A DNA stretch of 64,000 nt from Octopus sinensis (Eukaryota): NCBI RefSeq assembly GCF_006345805.1, contig NW_021833081.1, forward strand, positions 1 through 64,000, in the 5' to 3' direction. The notes under the pieces are model-generated. The model did not search any database and was not told the origin of the DNA. It saw only the letters and a list, made by a program, of their open reading frames with translations. The translations under genes and the position numbers were made by a program. This document shows positions 25,851-38,682 of this stretch, in pieces (the stretch's first letter is position 1; the number at the start of each line of letters is the position of its first letter).

Positions 25851-26579
25851 ATAACGGAGAGAAAAGGAAACAAGACAGCATTTTATGGAAGCCCATTAGA
25901 ATCACCTGATATTTTCACCATTGCCAACAGATATTCCGTCTTCTTCTATTTTTGGTTTGTTTGACGCCACAGCAGGCGAGTGCTTGTGTTGAACTATTAC
26001 GCAACTGGCGAGCTGACCTTCATAATATCTCAAGTTATTTCTGGATTCCATAAACGGTCGACATCCCTAGGTGCACTCATTTCTTCTTACCATTCCTCTG
26101 CAACAATGCAACGTTGCTTGGGGCAACGTTTCGTTTATAAATAGCAAAACAGATTCCTAATTTTATAAAATGCACATGGAATGGAATATTTACGGATGCG
26201 CACCGACATATATATATATAAATCTATATATATATAAATGTGTGTGTGTAAATATATATATATGTGTGTGTATATATATGTATGAATATATATACATAGA
26301 CGCATACATAGATATATATGTATATACATCTACATAGCGTCGCAGGGTAAATTTATGACGGTATACACATTCATGCATGCATATATATACATGTGTATAC
26401 ATCGTTCGTATATGCATGATCCGTTTATACTTGTGCTTCATGCATACACGTATAATATACAATTGTGGTAGATATTAAATTATGCATACTTATAGGGATT
26501 CCATGTTGCAAAGACGCCTCGGAATGTAGATACATAAGCACATAGCTTTCCAGTAATTATATATATATATGTATATATG

Positions 26580-26616
<37 letters not shown>

Positions 26617-27089
26617 TATATATATATATATTATATATTATATATATATAGTATATATGTATATATGTATATATATTTCCTTAGATTAATACGCACGCGC
26701 ACACAGGCGTACATATAAGTATACATAAAGATATATACAATTCATCGTTTGAATACCGACATAACTGGATCTATACATACACAGAAATGATTTCATGGAT
26801 GTATTTAGACATATATATATATAAGTGGGTGTGTATTGCTGATGTTTATATGTAATCGTATCAGTGCGTAGCAGTGTGAGAGAGCGACAAATGTATATTA
26901 TACATCCATGAATTATTGACGCTTAAACGAAAATAACAAAGATACTCAGACGCACACGCATGTACCAATACATTCATGTGTGTTTTCAATATCCATTTAA
27001 AATATATCCGTGAATTTTGTACACAATTTATGCCTGCTTATATAAATGCATAGAAAACATGCCATATATACATATAAATATATCATATC

Positions 27090-27139
<50 letters not shown>

Positions 27140-27269
27140 CTATGTCATATATTATGTGTGTGTGTGTATATGTATATATCATATCATATATATATATATA
27201 TAATATATATATATATCATATATTCATGTTATATATATATCATATATTTCTTTATGATAGATCGTTAGC

Positions 27270-27433
27270 CAATACACACATATTTTCTCTCCTTGTTTTT
27301 TTCTGTGTTCCTTTCTGTAGAAGAGCGTAGGCTCGAAACGTAAAAGACTTTTTCTATACATGAGCGTTATACTAATACATCTGTTTGTTTTGTACACTAC
27401 CTGTCTTCGTCTTTTGATTTTTTCGTAAACTCT

Positions 27434-27440
<7 letters not shown>
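27270..27440 (+). mobile_element. Short non-autonomous PLE-derived element carrying a minimal hammerhead
   Basis: Homologous to 60002-60178 (minus); ends CTTCGTCTTTTG...AAACTCTCCC before (TA)n. PLE origin is inferred from the hammerhead architecture. Confidence 0.6.
27311..27346 (+). ncRNA. Minimal type-I hammerhead-like motif, A6U core variant with extra A
   Basis: CTTT-CTGTAGA-A-GAGC gtag GCTC-GAAAC GTA-AAAG. Stem I 4 bp, stem II 4 bp, palindromic ACGU stem III, GUA cleavage triplet. Confidence 0.6.
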
Positions 27441-27476
<36 letters not shown>

Positions 27477-28429
27477 CATATCATATGAAGTATATGTATA
27501 TAAATTACCACTTATTTCTTCCCGTCTGTCTGTCTGTCTATCTATCTGTCTACATGAATTTCTACACTATGCATATGTCTTTTCTCATATACATAAATAC
27601 ATATGTTTTTAACACTCATACACATACATATATACATACATCCCTAATATATACACTCATATATGTTAAAAACGCACTGACGCGGTCACGCATTCGTACG
27701 CAATCGTTCTCAATACTTAGGAAAATATATTCATGAATATATACACATATACAAAAAGAAATTCATGACTGTGTATATCAATACCCTGATATTTTCAATA
27801 CGTATAAATATATATATTCTTGGATTTGGACACTCATACATTTAAAGTTACATGTGAGCAATTATACTAAAACAGTGATTTATATACATCCGTTTATGAA
27901 CGCCGAGGGATGGAGTAAGTGTTTTAAAGCAGGACAAATCGCTTAATATATTCCCAGATAGACTAGGAATACATATCTAGGAATATCTAGGAATATATTA
28001 ACTCTGAAGAGGAAACAACTTCCCAGAGTGGTCACGGCTGGAAAGCTTTTTGTTATACGTGTTTTCGATGACTGCCAATCTGAGACTATTCCTTGTTTTT
28101 CAGTCATCGTTTGGGAAAAGAATCTTGGAGAGACAAAAAAACAACAAAAAACAGCAAAAAAAATAAAACAAAAAACAAAACAAACAAACGCAAAGAAACT
28201 CGTGAAAACGCACAAACACACACCCAAGGATACATATTACAGGTATATATATATACACGCATGCTCACGTGGGCAGATGTACACTGAAGCTACTAGTATA
28301 AGCGTGCTACAAGCTCTGAAGTTCCAGCTCGCGGGAGCAGGTTGTTTTATACATACACACACACACACACTCATACATACATACATACATACATATATAC
28401 ATACAGAAATATATATATATATATATATG

Positions 28430-28489
28430 TATTTGTTCCACGTCCTCGCGTTGTTGTGTTTTTTTGTGCTTTTTCGTTTGGATTAACTT

Positions 28490-28490
<1 letters not shown>
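28430..28490 (+). mobile_element. 3' fragment of the element at 37385-37610
   Basis: TATTTGTTCCACGTC(C)TCGCGTTGTTGTGTTTTTTTGTG...TTTGGATTAACT shared with 37550-37610. Confidence 0.7.
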
Positions 28491-28529
<39 letters not shown>

Positions 28530-28702
28530 CATTGTATATGTATAGATAGATGCTCCTTTCATTAATCGATTATCAATAAGATAGATTATTACATATTACA
28601 TCGACTGGCGCTCACATTTCCTCAATATATTAATATTTTAGCGTATAATCTAAAGATTTCGTGGTTGACAGCTTTAATAAGAAACAAATATTAAATCACG
28701 GG

Positions 28703-28902
28703 TTAGAAATTTTGGCACAAGGCCAGCAATTTCAGCGGAAGGCTAAATCGAGTTCATTGACTCCAGTGATCAACTGGTACTTACTTTATTCACCTCGAAG
28801 TTATGAACAGCAAATTCAATCTCAGTGAAATTTGAACTCTGAATGTATAAGACGGACGAAATGCCGTTAAGCGTTCCGCCCGGCGTTGATCCTGCACCTC
28901 GC
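28703..28902 (-). mobile_element. SINE family B
   Basis: Reverse complement of the family-B body and tail (GCTGGCCTTGTGCCAAAATTTCTAA). Confidence 0.75.
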
Positions 28903-29177
28903 AACCGTTCAAGTATTTATTATAGATTTCAGATTACCAAACGGATTCTACTGAAATGTCTAAAATACCAAGTATTTGTATGTTTGGTTGTCATTTTAAA
29001 CTACACATGGCGCTGCTTTCTGTGTAATAGATCGAATGACATTGCTGTTCTATTGATAAAGTCATAACTTGTGGGAGAATAACGTAGAAATTATTTATGC
29101 CTCAAACTACAATAGTAATGTGCCACACTCTTGCACATCTACATATGACGCGCGCACACACGCACACATACACACAC

Positions 29178-29220
<43 letters not shown>

Positions 29221-29349
29221 AAACATATTCACAAACAGATGCACAGGCACATTTGATATATAATGAGCAAAAAGCTAGAAAAATACAGAATTAGAGAGAT
29301 GAGTTTTTACAAAGTGTTACTGGATAATGCTTTGGCGAGTAGGGAAAGT

Positions 29350-29385
29350 CTTTAACGTTTCGAATGGTTGGCAATCATCAGAAAA
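29350..29385 (-). ncRNA. Degenerate minimal hammerhead-like motif
   Basis: Minus strand TTTT-CTGATGA-ttgccaaccattc-GAAAC GTT-AAAG. Core intact, stem II no longer pairs well. Confidence 0.4.
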
Positions 29386-29800
29386 CGGCAAAAGAAAAAA
29401 AAAAATAAGGAAAATAGGAGCGAAAAAACCTTTGGGGACCAGCGGGGTAGCAGGTGCTATGGGGAGGAGTTAGGAAGAATGGAGGGGCAGTAGTGCAGAT
29501 GCTTGTTTGGTGTGCATGTATGTGATGTATGTCATCTCTCGAGTTAATGTTTGTGATGATGATGACGATGATGATGATGATTATCATCATCATCATACTC
29601 ACCACCCCATCAACGCCGTCGTCGTCATCTTAACCATCTTAATTATCATTACCATTGCTATCATTGGTATTGTTATGTTAGTGGTATTAAGACAATCTCA
29701 TTTATCAAACCTGATTCTATATGTAAATCAAAGTATACCTTATACATACATACTTATATAAATGCATATAAATATACATCTATATCTATATTTATGTCTA

Positions 29801-29881
<81 letters not shown>

Positions 29882-30100
29882 GTCTATCTATATTTATATG
29901 TATCTATAGTTAAATTACATCTATCTATATGGTAATGTGTGTATTTATGTAAATCGTTGTGTGTCTGTATGTATACATATAAATCAACCTAACCATTCAT
30001 GTATGTAAATCTACGTGTATATACAAATCTATTTGTATATATGCAAATCAATGTTGCGTCTATAAACTCATTTATTTATATATACAAGCATATATATATA

Positions 30101-30135
<35 letters not shown>

Positions 30136-30218
30136 ATGCATATATATACTATATAAATAATACATATATATACATATATATACATATAATATATATGTAT
30201 ATATGTAATATATATATG

Positions 30219-30281
<63 letters not shown>

Positions 30282-30285
30282 TATA

Positions 30286-30318
<33 letters not shown>

Positions 30319-30542
30319 GCCTGTATGTACTTACGTATTCGTCTGTATATGTAAATCTGCGTTTATATATGCAAATATTGTGTATATATGTAAATCTTGG
30401 TTAGTTATGGTAAAATAACTATAGAAAATATATTTAGTTTGACAGTTGGGACTTTGTGTGTGTGTGTGTGTGTGTGTGTGTGGAGGGATATCTCTCTTTC
30501 TTTACGTTGTTTCTTTCGTTATCTCTTTCTTCTTATCTCTCG

Positions 30543-30575
<33 letters not shown>

Positions 30576-31328
30576 ACTCAACCGCTTCTATGTATTTATG
30601 TTTATCTACCTGCACAAGCATTTTTATCTATATATAAACATACATACACACACATAAACGCAGACGTATCGAAACACACACACACATACACACACACACA
30701 TAGTTATACATTCACAAAAGTATATGTATATATATTGATATGTGTGTGTGTGTGTATGTGTTTGTGTGTGCTTTTCACTATCGATTTCATCTTCACTCTG
30801 AGGCCGTGGCCATGCTGGGGCACCGCCATTAACGTTAATGCCTGTTTATTTCACACACGCTACTCGGTCATGACTCCGGAATCGAAACTGGTGTTGCAGT
30901 GAGATGGACTGAGCCTCTTTACTTTGCATTTAACGTCATGATGTTTACATTTTCAGACGCAGGTGTAACCCCCCCACACACACACACACATACACATATC
31001 CATATTGTCACGCTTTTATATCTATAAAATTATACATTTGCTTCTGTGCTTTGATTCGTGTTCGCGTCATTGTCTACTTTCCAGAAGCATAATTATATAT
31101 GGCGGTCTTTGCTCTCGTATTAACGTTGGATATATAAACACAAGAGGATGTGCGATATTAAGAAGGTGTGATCAAATATATTTCTTGCATTCGGGGTGAA
31201 CCACCGGTCTGTCAATGAAAAGCTCAAATTAGACCGCTGCTTTGAGGAATCTTGGCTTGTTAGGTATGGCATTATATTTGTGCAATATAGATGGAACATT
31301 ATATACACACAGGCATATATACATATAT

Positions 31329-31361
<33 letters not shown>

Positions 31362-31372
31362 TATATATAAAT

Positions 31373-31404
<32 letters not shown>

Positions 31405-31449
31405 GTATATATATATGTGTATATATATATATGTATATATATATATGTA

Positions 31450-31481
<32 letters not shown>

Positions 31482-31599
31482 TAATTGCATATGTATGTTT
31501 GTGTGTATGTATGTGTGTGTATTCGTGTGCGCGTGTGTGTGTATATGTGTTCGTACTGCCTGCGCAGTGTCTGCAATATAAAATGACAAAATACGATAT

Positions 31600-31905
31600 C
31601 AAACGGCAAAGTTTGGCAAGATAGAATATCTTCAGTATCGAAAACATGCTGTTGAGGATTCGGTGCAGATGGGGAGGGTGCGTTGTTAGAATGTTCGCTG
31701 TTCGCATTGCATAAAGTTGAGGGATTTCGCGATAAAAGAAAAAAAAAAGATCCTGAGATATCAGGATGATTTAAAACAATCACTAAAATCTGCGCTGCTT
31801 AATTTAATATCTTGGGCAAGTTATTCTCCTGATCGATCTGAATGGCGCATAATGTGCCATGGTGCCTCTAAACGATTTGAGTTGAAGAAACAGAACAATA
31901 AATGA
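31600..31905 (+). mobile_element. Decayed RTE-clade LINE, post-RT fragment
   Basis: [19 protein letters not shown]...[15 protein letters not shown]...W..DRSEWR..CH.ASKRFE resembles the RTE C-terminal region. Confidence 0.65.
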
Positions 31906-32144
31906 GTTGTATCCTGAAGTCGACAAACACATTTGTCCAATCACGAACAAAACCAACATCTCCTTTCTCCTCATTGATACTTCATAGCAAAATTCATATC
32001 CAAACTCAAATTATATCCCTGCAAGCATCGCAAACAGATTCAGCTTCTTTTGTTTCTCATCCATTAAAAAAAAAGAAGAAAAAAAACCTCCTTTCTTTAA
32101 AACCTTCGAAATGGACGGGAGTGAGCACCACTACTACATCATTC

Positions 32145-32389
32145 TTTTCTTTTATTCTTTTATTTGTTTGCGGCCATGCTGCAGCAGAACCGACTTAAAA
32201 GTTTTAGTAGAACAAATCGACTCTCCAGGACTTTGTCTGTGTAGACCTAGTTCTTGTTCTATCGGGCTCTTTTGCCGAATCGCTAAGTTACGGGCACCAA
32301 ACACATCAACATCGGCTGTCAACGATGGTGGGGGAGACAAACACAGACACACAAACACATAAATACACTCACAAACGCGCGCACACACA

Positions 32390-32422
<33 letters not shown>

Positions 32423-32461
32423 TACACACACACACACACACACTACATATATATATATATA

Positions 32462-32497
<36 letters not shown>

Positions 32498-32657
32498 GGG
32501 CTTCTTTCAGTTTCCGTCTACCAAATCCACTCACGAGGCTTTGGTCTGCCCGAGGCTATAGTAGAAGACACTTGCCCAGGGTGCCGCGCAGTGGTACTGA
32601 ACCTGGAACCATGTGGTTGAGAAGCAAGTTTCTTACCACACAGCCACGCCTGCGCCT
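32145..32657 (-). mobile_element. Full-length tRNA-derived SINE family A with internal CA/TA/GA microsatellite
   Basis: Head AGGCGCAGGCGTGGCTGTGTGGTAAG...GGTTCCAGGTTCAGTACC; 3' half on plus reads GCGGCCATGCT...AAATCGAC...TCTTTTGCCGAATCGCTAAGTTACGGG...GACAAACACAGACACAC. Confidence 0.85.
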
Positions 32658-33699
32658 GTTATATCATATAAGGTAATGAGTTGGCACATAAATATTTAAC
32701 CTATATTGAGCATATATACCACCTTACTTTACTTGTGTGTGTGTGTGAGTGTGTGTGTGTGTGTGTGGTGTAGTGAGAGGAACAGGGGTCCGTTTCAGTC
32801 TTTCAGAGTCTGCTATTGGTGGCTCTTCCCAGACCAGAATCCGTGGCCTGGATTCTTACAATGCTGGAGATCATATTGTTGTTAAACTGGGCGACAGATG
32901 AACTCCCAACTCATCTAATGGCGATGGAAGGCAGAATAGATAGCTGTGTGCATTTACGTAGTAAGTTCAAAAACCCGGCCGTGTGCGTTGTTCATTTCAG
33001 CTGCCTATGTCTACCTAGGCAGATAATATATAACAGCAACCGAGTCAGAGGTTGATTTAATCGATTTTGCCACCTCCTTGAAACTGGTGTCTCTTTTGTA
33101 TCAAAGTGAAACATCTTTACTCTGCCTCTTCGTACCTTTTAGTACCTCCTTCGCTATCGATTGGCTACCAACAAACAAGCATTTCCTTGTAGCGCAATGT
33201 CAACACGCCATCTCTATTGTCGACTTTTTTCACACTTCAGCAAATCAAAAGCGAAAAGAGAAGAAAAAAAATCCCAGAAAAAAACTCAACAAAAACCAAT
33301 TAGGAAGTAAATAAAAAAAGTTTAAAATATCACTTCCTGAGAGATAACACACCTGATGACGACTGGAGATAAAACCGGTTGAATCATAGTTTAAAATGTA
33401 AATATTAAATAAAAAAAAATGTTCAACTTTAAAGACGAGGTTAACTGTCTGAGAGCTAATTTATTATCTTATTAAGAACAAACCATTCCAGTCTCTGAGA
33501 CGTCTTAAATATTGTGTTGTGCGCGCGTGTGTGTGATAGTTAAACATTTTATTTATTGATTTATTTATTTTTGAGCTCAGGATTTATTGGCTGTAGTTTC
33601 TCTTTCGCTTTTACGAGGTCGGTTCTGTTGTTTTGGTTGGTTTCTGAGAGACTAAGACACTTCGACATCATTAGTTAGTGAGTTCGTTAGTTTACCGCT

Positions 33700-33726
33700 G
33701 CTGCTACTACTACTACTACAACTACA

Positions 33727-33788
<62 letters not shown>
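33700..33788. repeat. (TAC)n microsatellite
   Basis: Direct reading. Confidence 0.9.
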
Positions 33789-33981
33789 GTTGTGCGAAAG
33801 CGATTACACCCAATTCTCCCTCAGATCACACAACAGCATTTTCAGAAAAAGTTAATGTAACCGTTGGTGCACCTAACTAATGAGATGGTCACCGTTGGCA
33901 TAGCTCTGATAATAGATTGAGTCGATGGAAAACAACGACAACAATAAGAACAATAACATACAGCCTGTGATTTGTATTAAT

Positions 33982-34208
33982 TGGTTTACAGCGGTTATAA
34001 ATATATTGTTTATTTACAGTGTAGTTACTTCTAATACGCGGTTAGCCGCTTTAATAACGACCCTGGATCATATATGTTATCCTGCTGGTTTAATAAATAT
34101 CTTATTTAATACATATTATCAAGCTGCTTTAATAAGAACCTTATTTAATATATCTTACCTGCTGGTTTAATAAACATCCTATTTAATCTGTGCCATCCTG
34201 TTGGCTTT
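33982..34208 (+). repeat. 39-bp degenerate tandem repeat
   Basis: Units start at 34039, 34078, 34117 and 34156 (last with a 1-nt deletion); core GCT(G/T)(G/C)TTTAATAA...CTTATTTAAT; a more diverged unit at 33982. Confidence 0.75.
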
Positions 34209-35245
34209 GTGAAGTCGCCATCATCAATTTAGAGAAATTTTATCGCTTCAAAAGTTCTCATTTAATTTCTCCTCTCGTACGTTCGTTCATGGCTTCATTC
34301 ATTCGCCTCTCTTAACGCTAGAAATATTGCTGAACGGATATAAAGTCAGAGAGGAACAGAAAGACAATAACACAGAATTAAAAAAGGAACTATTTTTGGT
34401 TTGGGGAAAATAAAGTTTCTGGCAGTATCAGGGTGGGGGTGATGAACATTCACGTTTCATTAAAACACCATAAATATTAGTTAAACTAATTAAACAAATA
34501 ATTTTTTTTTTGTGAGTCACATATTACGGCCGAAGCATGACTTGTACACAATGGAAACACGATTTATATAATACTGCTACACAGATGTGGACAAAATAAT
34601 CACGTTTTGCACAGAATTTTAAATAAAAAACAGCGGAATCGAAAAGATAATTAAAAATGGCGATTATTTATTGAAGTTTCCCCGTGATATTTTGCTGACT
34701 TTTTCCCAGTAACTTTTATTATGCAACTATTTTTTCCTGGATGCACCATGTTCCTTCCACTCCACCTCTATTACTGATTCCAGTATTGTCATCCTTTGAC
34801 TTATGGGACTTCTGAGACGAGAGGTCCAGTATAACGCCGTTGATGTTGCAGTGGTCATTCTTGCCCTCGAAGACTCTTCTGTTTGTGTTTCATTGCTGTG
34901 TAGTTCATCGTGAAGTTGTTACTGTTTAATTTAGGCTCGGCCCAAATGCCGCTCTAGCCGTGACCAGACCGTCATTTTGCATATCAGGGACCTAAGGGAT
35001 CTCGGAGATTTATTATCTTGTGCGTCCTTCTTTTATTTAACAAGATTTCTGAGAGATTTACCTAATATTTCTAGTAAACCGAGAGATCAGAACGCGACTC
35101 GTTCACCTTTTCTTTTGTGTTAGAGTCATGTTGTGTTGCGCTACATTGATATGTTAAGTTGTGAGGTGTCTTGCGTTGTGAGACTCCACTATGTTCAGTC
35201 ATCGATTATCACCGTTCTTCTATTGTGATATATATTGTGTTGTAA

Positions 35246-35460
35246 GGCGGCGAGCTGGCAGAAATGTTAGCACACCGGGCGAAATGCTTACTAGTATTTC
35301 GTCTGCCGTTACGTTCTGAGTTCAAATTCCGCCGAGGTTGACTTGGCTTTCTATCCTTTGAAGGTCGATAAGTTAAATACCCCCTGTGTACTGTGGTTGC
35401 GCTAATCGACTGGCCCCTTCCCCTAAAATTTCAGGGCTTGTGCCTAGAGTAGAAAAGGAT
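35246..35460 (+). mobile_element. SINE family B, full length
   Basis: GGCGGCGAGCTGGCAGAA head, GTTCTGAGTTCAAATTCCGCCGAGG, tail TTTCAGGGCTTGTGCCTAGAGTAGAAA. Confidence 0.85.
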
Positions 35461-35521
35461 ATATATTGTGCTGTGTTTTGTTAATCTCTATGTTGTATCA
35501 TAATGTTTTACTATGTTGCCA

Positions 35522-35700
35522 GGCGGCGAGCTGGCAGAATCATTTGCACGCAGAGGGGTGGGGTCAAATGCTTAGCGGCATTTTGTCCGTCTTCACATAC
35601 CGAGTTCAAATTCCGGCGAGAACGACTTAGCCTTTCGTCAATTCGCAGTCGATAAAATAAGTACCAGTTACGCACTGGGGTTGATTTAATCCACTCCGCC
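35522..35700 (+). mobile_element. SINE family B, second tandem copy
   Basis: GGCGGCGAGCTGGCAGAATC head, GAGTTCAAATTCCGGCGAG, GATAAAATAAGTACCAGTTACGCACTGGGG. Confidence 0.85.
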
Positions 35701-36537
35701 CGCATCGATGTATTAATATGTTGCATCACTTCAGTCTTCAGTTCTTTTGCATTAATGTTCTGCAGCGATGCTCTGGTGCACCGTATATATTATTATGTTA
35801 TGGCGAGTTATATAACCGTTGCTGCCATTTGTTATGTATGTCATATTATAAAGTAGATTGTCATCGTACACTATTAACTCTGTATACACTTTCTAATTAT
35901 ATATTCTCCAGTTCTGTGAAGGTCGTTCGGTTGTTTTCTGAAAAAATTACCATTTTTTTTCGCTTCCTAATTTATGTGCTTCATTTGTAGGCGAATATTC
36001 AGATAATCTTTTCACCAGAGAATAAAACATCAAGACAAGTCGAGTCTCTGATGTCTCAAGTGTTTAATTTGGCTTGAAAGAAGATCTCTAATAATCTGCA
36101 AATACCTAACGTTGCATCACTTTGTTTTTGAGCGTGTGTGTGTGCGTCTGTGTGTGTGTGAGTGTAAGAGTGTTGCTTGTGTGTAATAATGCGTGTGTTT
36201 GTGTGTGTGTGTCAACCAGTATATTTCTTCATTTCTTGTTCAGTTGACTTAAAGTCGGCCCAGTGCATTTTTAATAATTTACCGCTTTCCTTTGCTTGTT
36301 TTTCGTATAAAATTTCTCGACAAATTCGATGTTTTCGTATTTATTTCCTGCTACCATTAGATGTTGGGTAACATCATCTGTTACCAAATCAGGACCAGAA
36401 ATCTCTGGACTAATTGGATAATTATGTCTGCTCCCCTTCAGAGGAAACGTCCAGAACTTTCCAGAGATTTGATGGACGGGTCACTGTTTTTCCCCTTGCG
36501 GAAAAAATTATCGAAGCGTGTGTCTGTATATACACGT

Positions 36538-36587
<50 letters not shown>

Positions 36588-36657
36588 GTATGTATGTAAG
36601 TATGTATGTAAGTATGTATATATACACACATACATACGTATATACACACACACATTA

Positions 36658-36699
<42 letters not shown>

Positions 36700-36838
36700 G
36701 CATATATATATATACACATATATCTGTATATGTATGTATATATGTATACATATATGTATGTGTGTGTATAAATATATATATACATATATATATATATATA
36801 TTTGACTATATGTGTATGTGTGTATGTGAGTGTGAGTG

Positions 36839-36877
<39 letters not shown>

Positions 36878-37371
36878 TGGGAACTACTGATCGAATATCG
36901 AATAAACAGACAATGAATCGTAATAAAAGCCTGCTCCAGGCGACTAATATCAACATCAATCGGGATATTCCGGAGATTAATTTTGATTAAATAAAACTTG
37001 TGCGAAAGTGCCACCCGCTCTTATTGTTGCCATCGTTGTTGTTGTCGTTGTTGCTGTTGTTTTTGTTGTTGCTATTGATGTTGTTGCTGTTGCTGTTGCG
37101 GCTGTTGTTTGTTCAGGTTCTTTGTCATTGGTTTTGTTTCTCTGTAGCACGAGGTTAAAATGTACCACACCGCCCCCTCCTCCTCCCCTCCTCCTTTCCT
37201 CTACTCCTCCTTCTCCTCATCATCCTGCTCCTCCTTTTCCTCGCCTCGTCCTGGAATTTTTTCGCTGGACCTTCTGTCGGGCGAAAACTGGTTTCGTTTC
37301 ATTTCTATTACTCTCAGTTAGTCTCTACCCCCACAATATCCCATTCCCACCAGTATAACTACTTTTGTTGC

Positions 37372-37384
<13 letters not shown>

Positions 37385-37407
<23 letters not shown>

Positions 37408-37610
37408 GACCTCGTGTGTACCGTTGGCGATTTTTTTCCTCTGTCTTCCCTTCTCGGGATCTTTCCTTTCCTATGTTTCCGACGAAGAGTTCCGCTCGAA
37501 ACGTTAAACCCTCCTTCTTTCCTTCTTTTCTGAGCGTCCAATAATACTTTATTTGTTCCACGTCTCGCGTTGTTGTGTTTTTTTGTGTTTTCTTGTTTGG
37601 ATTAACTATA
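37385..37610 (+). mobile_element. Short non-autonomous PLE-derived element (second family) flanked by (TA)n
   Basis: ~210-bp unit between TA runs that contains a minimal hammerhead motif; a 3' fragment recurs at 28430-28490. Confidence 0.6.
37475..37509 (+). ncRNA. Minimal type-I hammerhead-like motif, U4C core variant with extra A
   Basis: GTTT-CCGACGA-A-GAGT tcc GCTC-GAAAC GTT-AAAC. Stem I GTTT/AAAC; palindromic ACGU stem III; GUU triplet. Confidence 0.6.
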
Positions 37611-37635
37611 TATATATATATTATTATATATATAT

Positions 37636-37708
<73 letters not shown>

Positions 37709-37784
37709 TTATATATACTCACACATCCTTGTTACTTATTTACATTTTGTTCACCTAACTTCAAGCTATATTAGAAGCTATATT

Positions 37785-37869
37785 AGAAGACACTTGCTGC
37801 AGGTGCCCATACTGTGGGACTGAACTCGTGGTTGGAAAACAAGCTTCTTGCCACACAGCCACGGCCGCG

Positions 37870-37871
<2 letters not shown>
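37785..37871 (-). mobile_element. SINE family A head fragment
   Basis: AGAAGACACTTG...GTGGGACTGAAC...CCACACAGCCACGGCCGCGCCTA. Confidence 0.7.
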
Positions 37872-37905
<34 letters not shown>

Positions 37906-38035
37906 CATTCATACATATATATATACATACATACATACATATATATATACATATATATTACGTATATATATATATAATATATTAAATATATATTTCTATA
38001 TCTATCTACCTTTCTATATATATATATATACATAC

Positions 38036-38099
<64 letters not shown>

Positions 38100-38596
38100 T
38101 TGTTATGTCCCCATCTACTTTGCATATCTGCACACATTCTCCTCCCAATCCGCTCCACTCCCCCACTCCTCTAATTAGTTTGTCTGTTGTAATTACTCCA
38201 TATTTAACTGATTGTAATCTCATTTGCATAATAGCTTTACATTTATGCTTCTTCTAATTTCCGTCAGTGTCCTATGTATTATTTATATATACACATCGCA
38301 TTAAGTAGAAAAACATACATACCTACATACATATATACATTAATATATATTATAAACACGCACATGCAGTCATATATATACATATATATATACACTTGTC
38401 TTTACATACATATATACATGCAGACAGAAGTACATAGAGGTACACATACGAAAAAGGTATTTGTACACACACGTTCCAACTTTATGAATATTTTTTTAAT
38501 TTCGCTACTGTCACATTGTTTTATTTCATTTCACTATATAAACACATATATTCATAAACAAATGTACAACTGTGTGTATATATACTTATACGTCTG

Positions 38597-38682
<86 letters not shown>

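Noticed and set aside
33350-33400. CTGATGA-c-GACTGG...CCGGTT-GAATC hammerhead-like string
   Set aside because: GAAA is broken and no stem I or III can be formed; at most a very old PLE relic.
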